NCBI GenBank assembly: GCA_964581305.1
Contig: CAZONC010000002.1
Span: forward strand, 1 to 36,936
DNA from: an uncultured archaeon
Lineage (GTDB): Archaea > Aenigmatarchaeota > Aenigmatarchaeia > CG10238-14 > SCSR01
Length of the DNA: 36,936 bases
Reading direction: 5' to 3'
Each line of letters opens with the position of its first letter. Position 1 is the stretch's first letter. Made by a program: the position numbers and the translations under genes. Under the pieces are notes generated by a model. The model did not search any database. It saw nothing but the letters and a program-made list of their open reading frames with translations, and was not told the origin of the DNA. Below, one piece after another: positions 25,198 to 35,513 of the stretch.

Positions 25198-28100
25198 ATG
25201 ACAAATGTATTTTTAGATGGCAAATTCATAGGAAGTGTAAGTGAACCTGAAAAAATTGTAAATGAAATAAGAGAAAAAAGAAGAATTGGACTTATTTCCG
25301 ATCAGGTAAATGTTGCTTATCATCCTCATCTAAACGAAATAAGAATACTAACAGATCCTGGTAGAGTACGAAGACCTTTAATAATTGTTGAAAATGGTAA
25401 ACCAAAACTTACACAGGAACATATAGAAAAACTAAAGAAAGAAGAGATTTATTGGGACGATTTAATTAAAAATGGTATTATTGAATATCTTGATGCAGAA
25501 GAAGAAGAAAATGCCTATATTGCACTTAAACCCGAAGAACTTACGCCAAAACATACTCACTTAGAACTAGATCCTTCTATAATTCTTGGATTTTCTGCAT
25601 CGCATATACCATATCCAGAATTTAACCGTGGTGACCGGGTAAATTACGGAGCAAAAATGGTTGGTCAGAGTATTGGTTTGTTTGCAATTAACTATCTACA
25701 GAGAACAGATACAAAGTCCAATGTAGGAATTTATATGCAAAGACCACTAGTTCAAACACATATTTATAAAGTAGTAAATTACGATTCGCATCCAAATGGA
25801 ACAAATGTAATTGTTGCTGTCAGTTGCTTTGAAGGATACAATATGGAAGATGCTATAGTAATCAATGAAAGTTCTATTCAGAGAGGGTTATTTTGGAGCT
25901 ATATGTACAGAACGTATGAGGCTGAACAAAAAAGATATATGGGTGGACAGGAAGATGTTATTGGAATACCATCACCAAATGTAAGGGGATATGCAGGCGA
26001 AGATGCATATAAGCATTTGCCTGAAGATGGAATAATTAATCCAGAAACGCCAGTTTCTTCGGATGATATTTTGGTTGCACGATCTTCTCCGCTTCGCTTT
26101 TTTGGAACTATGGAAGAATTTATAGCAGGAATAGAAAATATAAGAGAAACTTCTGTAAGACTGAGACACGGTGATAAAGGAATTGTGGATAGAGTATTTA
26201 TTACTGAAACTGCAGATGGGACAAAGTTGGTAAAAGTTGTTGTCAGAGATTTAAAAATTCCAGAAATTGGAGATAAGTTTGCTAGCCGACATGGCCAAAA
26301 GGGTGTAATAGGTCTTGTTGTTCCACAAGAAGATTTGCCTTTTACAGAAGACGGAATAATACCAGATATAATTTTTAACCCACACGGGCTACCATCGAGA
26401 ATGACTGTCGGGCAATTATTAGAGCTTTTAGCTGGAAAGCTTTCTGCTTTATCTGGAAAATACATATATTCACCAGCCTTCAATCCTACACAAGAAAAAA
26501 TGATAAGAGAAATGTTAAGAAAATATGGTTTTAGAAATGACGGTAAAGAAACAATGTATGACGGAATGACTGGAAGAAAAATAAATACACAAATATTTAT
26601 TGGCAGTTGCTTCTATCAAAAACTTGATCACCTTGTTTCGAATAAAATACATGCAAGATCAAGAGGACCTGTTGCACTCTTGACAAAACAACCAACAGAA
26701 GGAAGAAGCAAAGAAGGTGGTCTAAGACTTGGTGAAATGGAAAAAGATTGTTTAATTGCTCATGGTTCCGCATTAACATTAAAAGAAAGGTTTGACTCTG
26801 ATAAAGCAATTATTCCATTTTGCACAGAATGCGGGTTGGTAGCTGTACATGATAAAATCAAAAATAGAAAATATTGCACACTATGTGGTGAGACCAAAAT
26901 AGTTGATGTGGAAATGTGCTATGCTTTCAAATTAATGTTAGATGAGCTTAAAAGTATGCTAATTTATCCAAAAATTATTGTGAATGAGGAAGAAAGAACA
27001 GTCGATAAAATTGAATTTGGAATAATGGATCCAGAAATGATAAGAAAACTAAGCGTTGCTAAAATTACAAAAACCGAACTTTATGATCAAGAAGGTTATC
27101 CAATAGAAGGAGGGTTAATGGATCCGAGACTTGGTGTCGTAGATCCGGGTATAAGATGTAGAACGTGTGGTGGTTCGATTGGCGAATGTCAAGGTCATTT
27201 TGGATATTTAGAATTAACAAAACCTGTTATCCATGTTCATTATGCAAAATTCATATTCGACTTACTGAAGATATTTTGCAGAAAATGTGGCAAAATTTTA
27301 CTTGAAGATAAAAATAGAGAAAAAATAAAAGAGAAAAAAGCTTCACTTAAAGATATAATAAAAATGGTTAAAAATAAATGTCCTCAATGTAAAACTTCCC
27401 AAAAGGATCTTAAATTTATTAAGCCTTATACAATTGTTGAAGACGGAGATATAATTAATCCGATCGAAATTAGAGAAAGACTTGAAAAAATTCCAAACGA
27501 AGACCTAGAACTTATTGGAATTAAAATTCGTCCAGAATGGCTAGTTTTAACTTTACTTCCAATACCACCTGTAACAGTTCGTGCAAGTATAACTTTAGAA
27601 ACCGGAGAAAGGTCTGAAGATGATTTGACACATAAGCTTGTAGATATAGTAAGAATAAATGAAAGATTGAAAGAAAACATCGATCTTGGAGCACCTGACT
27701 TTATAATAAATGATTTGTGGGAGCTTCTACAATATCATGTAGCAACATATTTTGATAATGAGATATCGGGTGTGCCACCAGCTCGACATAGATCTGGCCG
27801 CATACTTAAAACTCTTTCTCAAAGATTGAAAACAAAAGAAGGGCGATTTAGAGGAAATCTTGCTGGTAAAAGAGTTAACTTTTGTGCACGAACAGTTATT
27901 TCTCCTGATCCAATGATTGATGTAGACGAAGTTGGTGTACCAGAAATTGTTGCAAGAGAATTGACAATTCCTGTAATAGTAAATGAAAAAAATATAGATG
28001 AATGTCGAATGCTTGTTTTGAACGGACCTAATATATGGCCCGGTGCAAATTATGTTATTAAACCAGATGGCCGAAGGAAAAAAATTATAGAGAATAATAA

Positions 28101-29484
28101 AGAAGAAATAGCAAAAGAACTCGCACCTGGTTACATCATTGAAAGGCATATAAGAGATGGTGATATTGCTTTATTTAATCGACAACCAAGTCTGCATAGA
28201 ATGAGTATAATGGCACATAAAATCCGCGTAATGCCATTTAAAACATTTAGATTGAATGTCTGTGTCGCCCCACCATATAATGCTGATTTTGACGGTGATG
28301 AAATGAATTTACATATACCTCAAACCAAAGAGGCACAGGTTGAAGCAGAAGTCCTAATGAGTGTTATAAAACACATACGAAGTCCACGTTTTTCTGGTCC
28401 AATAATTGGTGTTACACGTGATCATTTATCTGGATTGTATCTATTAACAAAAACGGATAAAAAATATGAAAGAAAGGATTTTGTTCAAATGATACGAAGC
28501 ATTGATAGCGAAATTGAAATTCCTGATAAAAACTATTTGACTGGAAAAGAAATCTTTAGTCTATTCTTGCCAAAAGATTTTTCTATTAAATACAAATCAA
28601 AAACCGGTGAACCTGTAATAATTGAAAATGGCAAGTTAATTAAAGGTGTGATAGATAAGGCTGGTGTTGGAAGCGAAGGTGGAAAAATAATTGATAAAAT
28701 TGAAAAAGAGTATGGTCCTGAGTTTACCAAAAAATTCATATATAATCTAACAAAACTTGCTACTGAAGTTCTAATGATGGAAGGATTTTCAATAAGCATT
28801 TCTGATCTAGACGTACCTGAAAACGTTAAAAAGGAAATTAAGGCTGTAATTGAAAATGTGAAAAAAAGTGTTGATAAAATTATTGAAAAGTTTAAAAGTG
28901 GTGAGCTAAAGGTTTTAAGTGGTAAGAGTCCGAAAGAAGGTCTAGAAACTATAATTAAAAGACGGGTTAGTAAGGCATTGGAAGAAGTAAGCGAAATACT
29001 AGAAAAGAATTTAAAAGAAAGTCCTTCTGTTGTTATGGCAAAAAGTGGTGCAAAGGGTGAAATGGTTAACTTAGTACAAACGGCGGCAATGGTCGGGCAG
29101 GAAATGATTATGGGTGAAAGAATTGAAAAGGGCTATTATAAAAGAAGCTTTCCTCATTTTTCGATTGGTGATTTAAGCCTAGAATCAAAAGGGTTTGTTA
29201 GTAGTGGTTTTAAAGATGGTTTAACCCCATTTGAATTTTTCTTTGATGCAATGAATAGCAGAGAATCATTAATGGATAAATCACTTAAAACGCGCCACTC
29301 TGGTTATATGGAAAGAAGGTTAGTTGGAGCATTACAAGATTTAAAAATAGAATATGATGGAACTGTAAGGGATGGTTCAAACCGAATAATAGAGTTTATT
29401 CCTGGTGAAGATGGTTTGGATCCGTCAAAAATTGAGAGGGGAGGTATAAATGTTAGAGGAATTGCCGAAAGATTATTTGGATAA
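25198..29484 (+). CDS. rpoB1/rpoA1: RNA polymerase subunit B' fused in frame to subunit A' (1428 aa)
   Basis: Residues ~1-592 are B' (GYNMEDAIV, GDKFASRHGQKG, KQPTEGRSKEGGLRLGEMEKDC, and Zn ribbon CTECG...CTLCG). Residues ~595 onward are A' (IEFGIMDPEMIRKLS, CRTCGGSIGECQGHFG, NRQPSLHRMS, and catalytic NADFDGDEMN). There is no stop codon between them in the given sequence. Confidence 0.85.
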   Translation: MTNVFLDGKFIGSVSEPEKIVNEIREKRRIGLISDQVNVAYHPHLNEIRILTDPGRVRRPLIIVENGKPKLTQEHIEKLKKEEIYWDDLIKNGIIEYLDAEEEENAYIALKPEELTPKHTHLELDPSIILGFSASHIPYPEFNRGDRVNYGAKMVGQSIGLFAINYLQRTDTKSNVGIYMQRPLVQTHIYKVVNYDSHPNGTNVIVAVSCFEGYNMEDAIVINESSIQRGLFWSYMYRTYEAEQKRYMGGQEDVIGIPSPNVRGYAGEDAYKHLPEDGIINPETPVSSDDILVARSSPLRFFGTMEEFIAGIENIRETSVRLRHGDKGIVDRVFITETADGTKLVKVVVRDLKIPEIGDKFASRHGQKGVIGLVVPQEDLPFTEDGIIPDIIFNPHGLPSRMTVGQLLELLAGKLSALSGKYIYSPAFNPTQEKMIREMLRKYGFRNDGKETMYDGMTGRKINTQIFIGSCFYQKLDHLVSNKIHARSRGPVALLTKQPTEGRSKEGGLRLGEMEKDCLIAHGSALTLKERFDSDKAIIPFCTECGLVAVHDKIKNRKYCTLCGETKIVDVEMCYAFKLMLDELKSMLIYPKIIVNEEERTVDKIEFGIMDPEMIRKLSVAKITKTELYDQEGYPIEGGLMDPRLGVVDPGIRCRTCGGSIGECQGHFGYLELTKPVIHVHYAKFIFDLLKIFCRKCGKILLEDKNREKIKEKKASLKDIIKMVKNKCPQCKTSQKDLKFIKPYTIVEDGDIINPIEIRERLEKIPNEDLELIGIKIRPEWLVLTLLPIPPVTVRASITLETGERSEDDLTHKLVDIVRINERLKENIDLGAPDFIINDLWELLQYHVATYFDNEISGVPPARHRSGRILKTLSQRLKTKEGRFRGNLAGKRVNFCARTVISPDPMIDVDEVGVPEIVARELTIPVIVNEKNIDECRMLVLNGPNIWPGANYVIKPDGRRKKIIENNKEEIAKELAPGYIIERHIRDGDIALFNRQPSLHRMSIMAHKIRVMPFKTFRLNVCVAPPYNADFDGDEMNLHIPQTKEAQVEAEVLMSVIKHIRSPRFSGPIIGVTRDHLSGLYLLTKTDKKYERKDFVQMIRSIDSEIEIPDKNYLTGKEIFSLFLPKDFSIKYKSKTGEPVIIENGKLIKGVIDKAGVGSEGGKIIDKIEKEYGPEFTKKFIYNLTKLATEVLMMEGFSISISDLDVPENVKKEIKAVIENVKKSVDKIIEKFKSGELKVLSGKSPKEGLETIIKRRVSKALEEVSEILEKNLKESPSVVMAKSGAKGEMVNLVQTAAMVGQEMIMGERIEKGYYKRSFPHFSIGDLSLESKGFVSSGFKDGLTPFEFFFDAMNSRESLMDKSLKTRHSGYMERRLVGALQDLKIEYDGTVRDGSNRIIEFIPGEDGLDPSKIERGGINVRGIAERLFG

Positions 29485-30586
29485 AATAGAATTGCCTGAA
29501 AAAATTGTGAAAGAAATAGAAGAAGTGGTAAAAGAAAAAAAACTGAACAAAGAACAAAGAAAAATCTTGGAGGAAAATGTAAAAGCTGAATATATGAAAG
29601 CGCATTTTGAGCCTGGTGAAGCCATAGGAATAATTTCTGCACAAAGTATATCTGAGCCGGCTACACAAATGACAATGCGTACCTATCATTTTGCTGGAAC
29701 TGCTGGTATACGAGTTACATATGGTTTGCCACGACTTATAGAACTGCTTGATGCAAGAAAAGTTATGGAAAGTCCTATAATGACAATCTACCTCAAAAAA
29801 CAGTTCAATAATATAGAAGATGCAGAAAAAATTGCAGAAAAAATCATAGAACGAAAGATTAGTGATATTATAAAAAGAATTTCATTAAACCTAAGTGAAA
29901 ATTCGATCGAACTTGAATGTTTGGATAGAAAAAAAATCGGTGTAATTATAAATGTAATAAAAAAAGCTTTTCCAAATCTGAAAGTGAAGGTTAGGGAAAA
30001 TAAAATTTCTCTTATCCCAAAAGACGATCTTGAATTAAAAGAATTACAGAAATTAAAGACGAAAATTTTAGAATTGCATGTTTCTGGAATTGAAAAAATT
30101 ACTAATGCAGTTGTTAGAAAAGAAAATAATGAATGGATAATAAATACAATTGGATCTAATCTTGAAAAGGTTTTGGAACTCCCCGAAGTTGATGAAAAAA
30201 GAACTATTACTAGTGACATTCATGAAACGCTAAAAGTACTTGGTGTTGAAGCAGCAAGAAATGTTCTATTTAATGAAATATGCAGAACTCTTGATGAACA
30301 GGGTCTTGACGTTGATAGACGACATGTAATGCTTGTTGTCGATATTATGACATTTAGAGGTGATATAAGGCCAATTGGGAGATATGGTGTTGCTGGTGCA
30401 AAAACATCTATACTAGCAAGAGCTGCATTTGAAGAAACTGTAAAACATTTAATTAGGGCTGCTATAAAGAAAGAGACAGATGATCTAAGAGGTATTTTTG
30501 AAAATGTAATGATTGGGAAAGTAATACCTTCTGGTACAGGAATGTTTGATCTTTTGGCGCGATTGGAAAAAAGTGAAGGAAAATGA
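29450..30586 (+). CDS. rpoA2: DNA-directed RNA polymerase subunit A''
   Basis: GEAIGIISAQSISEPATQMTMRTYHFAG and a C-terminal GKVIPSGTG. The ATG is preceded by GGGGAGG and overlaps the A' 3' end by 35 nt. Confidence 0.92.
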   Translation: MLEELPKDYLDKIELPEKIVKEIEEVVKEKKLNKEQRKILEENVKAEYMKAHFEPGEAIGIISAQSISEPATQMTMRTYHFAGTAGIRVTYGLPRLIELLDARKVMESPIMTIYLKKQFNNIEDAEKIAEKIIERKISDIIKRISLNLSENSIELECLDRKKIGVIINVIKKAFPNLKVKVRENKISLIPKDDLELKELQKLKTKILELHVSGIEKITNAVVRKENNEWIINTIGSNLEKVLELPEVDEKRTITSDIHETLKVLGVEAARNVLFNEICRTLDEQGLDVDRRHVMLVVDIMTFRGDIRPIGRYGVAGAKTSILARAAFEETVKHLIRAAIKKETDDLRGIFENVMIGKVIPSGTGMFDLLARLEKSEGK

Positions 30587-30846
30587 ATATCACTGAGATA
30601 ATTCAATCAGCAATCAAATCAAAAAAAGCAATAATAGGCTATAAAGAATCTATAAAGTTTATTAAATGCGGTAAGCCAAAAATGGTTATAATTGCTAAAA
30701 ATGCTCCAGAAAAAATAATGAATGAAATAAAATATAATGCAAAAATTTTTGAAATACCAGTTGAAATATTCAATGGTACAAGTAAAGATTTAGGTGTAAT
30801 ATGTGGAAAACCGTATCCGATAACAACAATAACAATAGAGGAATAG
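30583..30846 (+). CDS. rpl30e: Ribosomal protein eL30 (L30e)
   Basis: 87 aa with the pattern GYKESIKFIK.GK.KMVIIAKN.P. It sits in the conserved position after rpoA'', with an ATGA overlap to rpoA''. Confidence 0.8.
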   Translation: MNITEIIQSAIKSKKAIIGYKESIKFIKCGKPKMVIIAKNAPEKIMNEIKYNAKIFEIPVEIFNGTSKDLGVICGKPYPITTITIEE

Positions 30847-30847
30847 T

Positions 30848-31270
30848 ATGATAATTAAGTTTGATACAGAAACTATTCGGATGATTACACTTTTTGAAAA
30901 TTTAACTAATGTAAGGGTAAAAGATTGTTTAATTGATAATGCAACCAATACTGTCTATTTTATTGTTGAAAGTGGAAAAATTGGTATTGCAATAGGGAAA
31001 AATGGTATAAGTGCTAAACGTATAGAAAAAGTTACTGGAAAAAACATAAAGATATATGAATACTCAGAAAATTTGGAAAAATTTGTAAAAAATTTGATAC
31101 CACAATCAAATGAAGTAAAAGTAAAAAATGAAAATGGAAAAATTATAGTCGAAATAAAAGTTGATAAAACAAATAGAGGAATAGTTATAGGAAGGGATGA
31201 GAAAAAGCTTAAATTATATAAAGAGATACTTCAAAGAAATCATAAGGTAGACGATTTGGTGGTGAGATAA
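30848..31270 (+). CDS. nusA: Archaeal NusA-like transcription termination/antitermination protein (KH domains)
   Basis: 140 aa with two KH-like GxxG segments ([12 protein letters not shown] and [10 protein letters not shown]). It sits in the conserved position between rpl30e and rps12. Confidence 0.8.
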   Translation: MIIKFDTETIRMITLFENLTNVRVKDCLIDNATNTVYFIVESGKIGIAIGKNGISAKRIEKVTGKNIKIYEYSENLEKFVKNLIPQSNEVKVKNENGKIIVEIKVDKTNRGIVIGRDEKKLKLYKEILQRNHKVDDLVVR

Positions 31271-31689
31271 TGGGTGAATTCAGCGGAAGGGTAATGAAAA
31301 AAAGAAGGAAAAAGTTTAGATGGAAAGATATACATTACAAAAGACGTATGCTTCAATTATGGAAAAAAGATCCGCTAGAAGGTGCACCGCAAGCAAGAGG
31401 AATAGTAATTGCAAAAAAAAATGTTGAACAAAAACAACCATCTTCTGGTTTAATAAAATGTGTTCGTGTGCAGTTAATTAAAAACAATGTTCAAGTAACG
31501 GCACATGTTCCTGGTGAAGGTGCAATAGATTATATAGATGAACATGATGAAGTTATTATTGAAGGTATAGGCGGTTCGCAGGGTGGGCCAAAGGGAACTA
31601 TGTGGGGTGTTAAATATAAAGTAGTTGCAGTAAACGGTGTTGCGCTTAGTGAAATTCTTTCTGGAAAAAAGCAGAAACCAGCACGATAA
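31270..31689 (+). CDS. rps12: Ribosomal protein uS12
   Basis: [13 protein letters not shown]...[18 protein letters not shown]...VTAHVPG signature. TAATG overlap with the nusA stop. Confidence 0.92.
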   Translation: MGEFSGRVMKKRRKKFRWKDIHYKRRMLQLWKKDPLEGAPQARGIVIAKKNVEQKQPSSGLIKCVRVQLIKNNVQVTAHVPGEGAIDYIDEHDEVIIEGIGGSQGGPKGTMWGVKYKVVAVNGVALSEILSGKKQKPAR

Positions 31690-31698
31690 CGTGATTAT

Positions 31699-32292
31699 AT
31701 GAAAATATTTGGTAGATGGGATATTACTGGAGTAGAAGTGAAAGACCCAGGCTTAAAAAAATATATAAATCTTCAGCCAGTGTTGATACCAAAATCGAGG
31801 GGAAAATACGCAAAAAAACAATTTCATAAATCAAAGATGAATATTGTGGAAAGATTAATAACAAAGCTCATGGTGCCTGGCCATAGAGGCAAGAAACATG
31901 TTTTAACGTCTGGAAGGGTTACTGGAAGGTATATAACAAATTACAATATTGTAAAAAAAGCCTTTGAAAAAATAGAAAAGCAAAGTGGAAAAAATCCAAT
32001 AGAAGTATTTATTCGTGCATTAGAAAACGCGGCTTGGCGTGAAGAAATTGCTGCATATCAAGTCGGTGGAATAATAGTTCGAAGGGCGGTTGTTACAAGT
32101 CCACAAAGAAGAGTTGATATTGCATTAAGAAATATTGTGCAGGCCGCCTATAGAAAAAGTTTTGGAAAAAAAGAAACAATTGTTGATGCTTTAGCTTCAG
32201 AAATAATTGCAGCTGCAAATAATGATGCGAGCAAAAGCGATGCAATAAAAGAAAAGGAAAGAATAGAAAGAGAGGCTGAGGGTGCAAGATAA
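31699..32292 (+). CDS. rps7: Ribosomal protein uS7
   Basis: Size and conserved blocks (IVERLITKLM and the C-terminal KEKERIEREAEGAR). It follows rps12 as in all str-type clusters. Confidence 0.88.
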   Translation: MKIFGRWDITGVEVKDPGLKKYINLQPVLIPKSRGKYAKKQFHKSKMNIVERLITKLMVPGHRGKKHVLTSGRVTGRYITNYNIVKKAFEKIEKQSGKNPIEVFIRALENAAWREEIAAYQVGGIIVRRAVVTSPQRRVDIALRNIVQAAYRKSFGKKETIVDALASEIIAAANNDASKSDAIKEKERIEREAEGAR

Positions 32293-32293
32293 A

Positions 32294-33214
32294 TTACGAA
32301 ATTTTAAATTTTACATCATTTTTTCCTCTAGCTTTTGTTGAATAATACTGTGTTAGCTTTTTTGCTTGATTTATAATTTCTTTGCTAATTTTTTTATTGC
32401 CATAATTTCGAATAAGTGTCAATGGACCAGGATAATTTTCCATCTCAATTATAATATCTCCTTTTTTTGCCAGCTTCGCTATCTCTCTATTTTCTTCTGC
32501 ATTTCGGCCAATAACTATTTTTACCTTATCTTTCCATACATGACGACCAAATTTTAAAAGACAAACGTCATTGCCATCACAGTTGGGCGATATTTTTAAA
32601 AGTTCTTTTACACGCTTGCCAAATTGTGGATCTGTTAAAATGCATCCACCAGCTGGTTGTGGATACCAATCAATATTAAATGATTTTGCTAACTGAATTT
32701 GCTGTTTTCTCGATCTTCCAGAAATGGCTAATAATTTAGTTTTATCCACCCAACCGGCCTTTATAGGAATATTTTCTGGTAATAATTTTGCAGAAAGCGG
32801 TCGTAACAAATATCCTGTAAGAGAAGATTCTTTTTCCACAATTTCAAGTGCCTTCAAATTTTGACTCATTGGCCTTTCTCCCAGCACCTCGCCAGTTGCA
32901 ACAAAATTATATTTTCCTTTTTTCATCAATTCTTTTGCTTTTTTAAGCATTAAAATATGACAGTCTATACATGGATTTGCAGCCGAGCCATATCCATATT
33001 TTGGTTTTTTCACAATTTCCAAATGCTCACTAGAAAAATCAATAACTTTTAATGGTATTCCTAATTTTTTCGCAGCTATTTTGGCACGCTTTTCATCAAA
33101 AAAATAACTCTTAAAACAAACACCAGTTACATCTATTCCTTGCTCAATTAGTAGTTTTGCTGCTAAAATTGAATCTAAACCACCAGAAAGCAAAACAATT
33201 GCCTTAACTTTCAT
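32294..33214 (-). CDS. PP-loop ATP pyrophosphatase, MnmA/ThiI-like putative tRNA sulfurtransferase
   Basis: N-terminal PP-loop LLSGGLDS and a NPCIDCH Cys pair. About 300 aa with an extra C-terminal domain. The exact subfamily cannot be decided by eye. Confidence 0.6.
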   Translation of the reverse strand: MKVKAIVLLSGGLDSILAAKLLIEQGIDVTGVCFKSYFFDEKRAKIAAKKLGIPLKVIDFSSEHLEIVKKPKYGYGSAANPCIDCHILMLKKAKELMKKGKYNFVATGEVLGERPMSQNLKALEIVEKESSLTGYLLRPLSAKLLPENIPIKAGWVDKTKLLAISGRSRKQQIQLAKSFNIDWYPQPAGGCILTDPQFGKRVKELLKISPNCDGNDVCLLKFGRHVWKDKVKIVIGRNAEENREIAKLAKKGDIIIEMENYPGPLTLIRNYGNKKISKEIINQAKKLTQYYSTKARGKNDVKFKIS

Positions 33215-33266
33215 ATTAAATGGTTAAAAAATAAATTTAATATAAATTCTTCTATAAAGTGTTTAT

Positions 33267-35471
33267 ATGACTGTGAAAAAAGAAGTAATTGAAAAAATTG
33301 TAGAAATAATGAAAGATCCAACAAAAATAAGAAATATTGCTACTGCTAGCCATGTTCATCATGGAAAAACAACTCTTACAGATGCTTTGGCTGCATTGGC
33401 AGGTATGATATCAGAAACTGTGGCAGGCGATTTAGAAAAAGGTATGCTCACATGGATTGATGAACAAGAAAGAAAAAGGCAATTGACAATATATGGTGCG
33501 AATGTAAGCATGTTACATAATTATGAAGGGCAAGACTATATTATAAATTTAGTTGATACACCTGGTCATGTAGATTTCGGTGGCGATGTTACAAGAGCTA
33601 TGAGAGCAGTTGATGGTTGTATTGTGCTAGTTGATGCTGTTGAAGGTATTATGCCACAAACAGAAACTGTTTTTCGACAAGCACTTAAAGAAAGAGTGAA
33701 ACCAATTTTATTTATAAATAAAACAGACCGGCTAATTAAGGAATTAAAATTATCGCCGGCAGATATGCAAAAAAGGTTCGAAAAAATAATAGAAGATGTT
33801 AATGCGATCATCCAAAAATATGCAGATGAAGAATATAAAGATAAGTGGTTAGTAAATGTTTCTGAAGGAACAGTTGCGATTGGTAGTGCAAAGAAACATT
33901 GGGCTATTTCTATTCCTTTTATGAAAAAAACTGGAATAACATTTAGAGATATAATTGAGTTGACGCTTGCTGGAAAAGAAGATGAATTGGCAAAAAAAGC
34001 ACCTTTACACCAGGTTATTTTGGACATGATAATCAAGCATTTGCCTAGTCCTGTAGAAGCACAAAAATACAGACTGGAAAAAATATGGAAAGGTGATCTA
34101 AATAGCGAAATTGGAAGAGACATGATTAATGTTAATCCAAATGGAAAATTGGCAATTATAATTACAAAAATGGTTCCAGATCCGCACGTTGGTTTTGTAG
34201 CAACTGGTCGTATTTTAAGTGGAAAAATTTTCAAAGGAAAAGATGTTTATTTAGTTGGACAGCGCAAGCGTGAAAAAATACAGCAAGTAGCTGTTTATAA
34301 AGGACTTACGCGCATACCTGTAGAAGAAGTTACGGCCGGGAACATAGCCGCGATTGTTGGTATACCAGATGCATTTACAGGTGAAACTGTATGCGAACCA
34401 GATGCAATAATTGAACCTTTTGAGGAAATTAAGCACTTGTTTGAACCCGTAGTTACAAAATCTATTGAACCGAAAAATCCAATGGAACTACCTAAATTGG
34501 TTGATATGCTTAAAAAAATTGCTAGGGAAGATACAACACTCCAAGTAAAGATAAATCAAGAAACTGGCGAATATCTTGTTTCTGGTTTGGGTGAATTGCA
34601 TCTTGAGGCAAAAGTTGAAAACAAGTTAAAAGAAATGGGAATTGATGTTGAAATGAGTAAACCGATAGTGGTGTATAGAGAAACTATTTTTAGTCCATCA
34701 CCAAAAATTGAGGGCAAAAGCCCAAATAAACATAATAAATTCTATATAGTTGTTGAACCACTAGAAGAAGGTGTTTATAAAGCAATGGTTGATGGCATAT
34801 TACCATCAACATATAAAATAAAAACAAAAGATATACAGCTGTTTAAGAAAATGGCAGATTGTGGAATGCCATATGAAGAGGCAAAAAATATTATTCTGCT
34901 TTATAACCGAAATGTGTTAATTGATCTTACAAAAGGTGTGCAGTTTATGAACGAAGTTATAGAAATGGTAAAAGATGCTTTTGTAGAAATGATGGATGAA
35001 GGACCGTTAGCAAAGGAGCCGTGCACAAGGGTAAAAGTTAAAATTGTTGATGCTGAATTACACGAAGATCCTGTGCATAGGGGCCCTGGACAAATAATGC
35101 CAGCCGTCCGATTTGCAATAAGAGAGGGTATGTTAAAAGCCGGTACTTTGTTACTTGAACCTAAACAAATTATCCGAATCGATGTACCTACTGAGCTAAT
35201 GGGAAATGTTATACATGAAGTAGAAAATAGGCGTGGACAAATTCTCGATATGGCCGAAGAAAGAGGAGCGAGTATAATAACAGCTAAAATACCTGTAAGT
35301 GATATTTTTGGTTTTGATTCTTCACTTAAATCGGCAACTGGTGGAAGAGGATTTTATAGCTTAATAGAAATTGTTTTTGAAAAACTGCCACTAGAATTAT
35401 TCGAGAAGGTTGTCAAAGAAATAAGAAAAAGGAAGGGATTGCCAGAAGGTATACCAAAACCAGAAACTTAA
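33267..35471 (+). CDS. fusA: Translation elongation factor 2 (aEF-2)
   Basis: G-domain motifs HVHHGKTT, DTPGH and NKTD. Diphthamide-region HEDPVHRGPGQ. Confidence 0.93.
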   Translation: MTVKKEVIEKIVEIMKDPTKIRNIATASHVHHGKTTLTDALAALAGMISETVAGDLEKGMLTWIDEQERKRQLTIYGANVSMLHNYEGQDYIINLVDTPGHVDFGGDVTRAMRAVDGCIVLVDAVEGIMPQTETVFRQALKERVKPILFINKTDRLIKELKLSPADMQKRFEKIIEDVNAIIQKYADEEYKDKWLVNVSEGTVAIGSAKKHWAISIPFMKKTGITFRDIIELTLAGKEDELAKKAPLHQVILDMIIKHLPSPVEAQKYRLEKIWKGDLNSEIGRDMINVNPNGKLAIIITKMVPDPHVGFVATGRILSGKIFKGKDVYLVGQRKREKIQQVAVYKGLTRIPVEEVTAGNIAAIVGIPDAFTGETVCEPDAIIEPFEEIKHLFEPVVTKSIEPKNPMELPKLVDMLKKIAREDTTLQVKINQETGEYLVSGLGELHLEAKVENKLKEMGIDVEMSKPIVVYRETIFSPSPKIEGKSPNKHNKFYIVVEPLEEGVYKAMVDGILPSTYKIKTKDIQLFKKMADCGMPYEEAKNIILLYNRNVLIDLTKGVQFMNEVIEMVKDAFVEMMDEGPLAKEPCTRVKVKIVDAELHEDPVHRGPGQIMPAVRFAIREGMLKAGTLLLEPKQIIRIDVPTELMGNVIHEVENRRGQILDMAEERGASIITAKIPVSDIFGFDSSLKSATGGRGFYSLIEIVFEKLPLELFEKVVKEIRKRKGLPEGIPKPET

Positions 35472-35513
35472 ATATTTAAATATCAAATAACAAAATAAAA
35501 AAGTTAGATAAGT

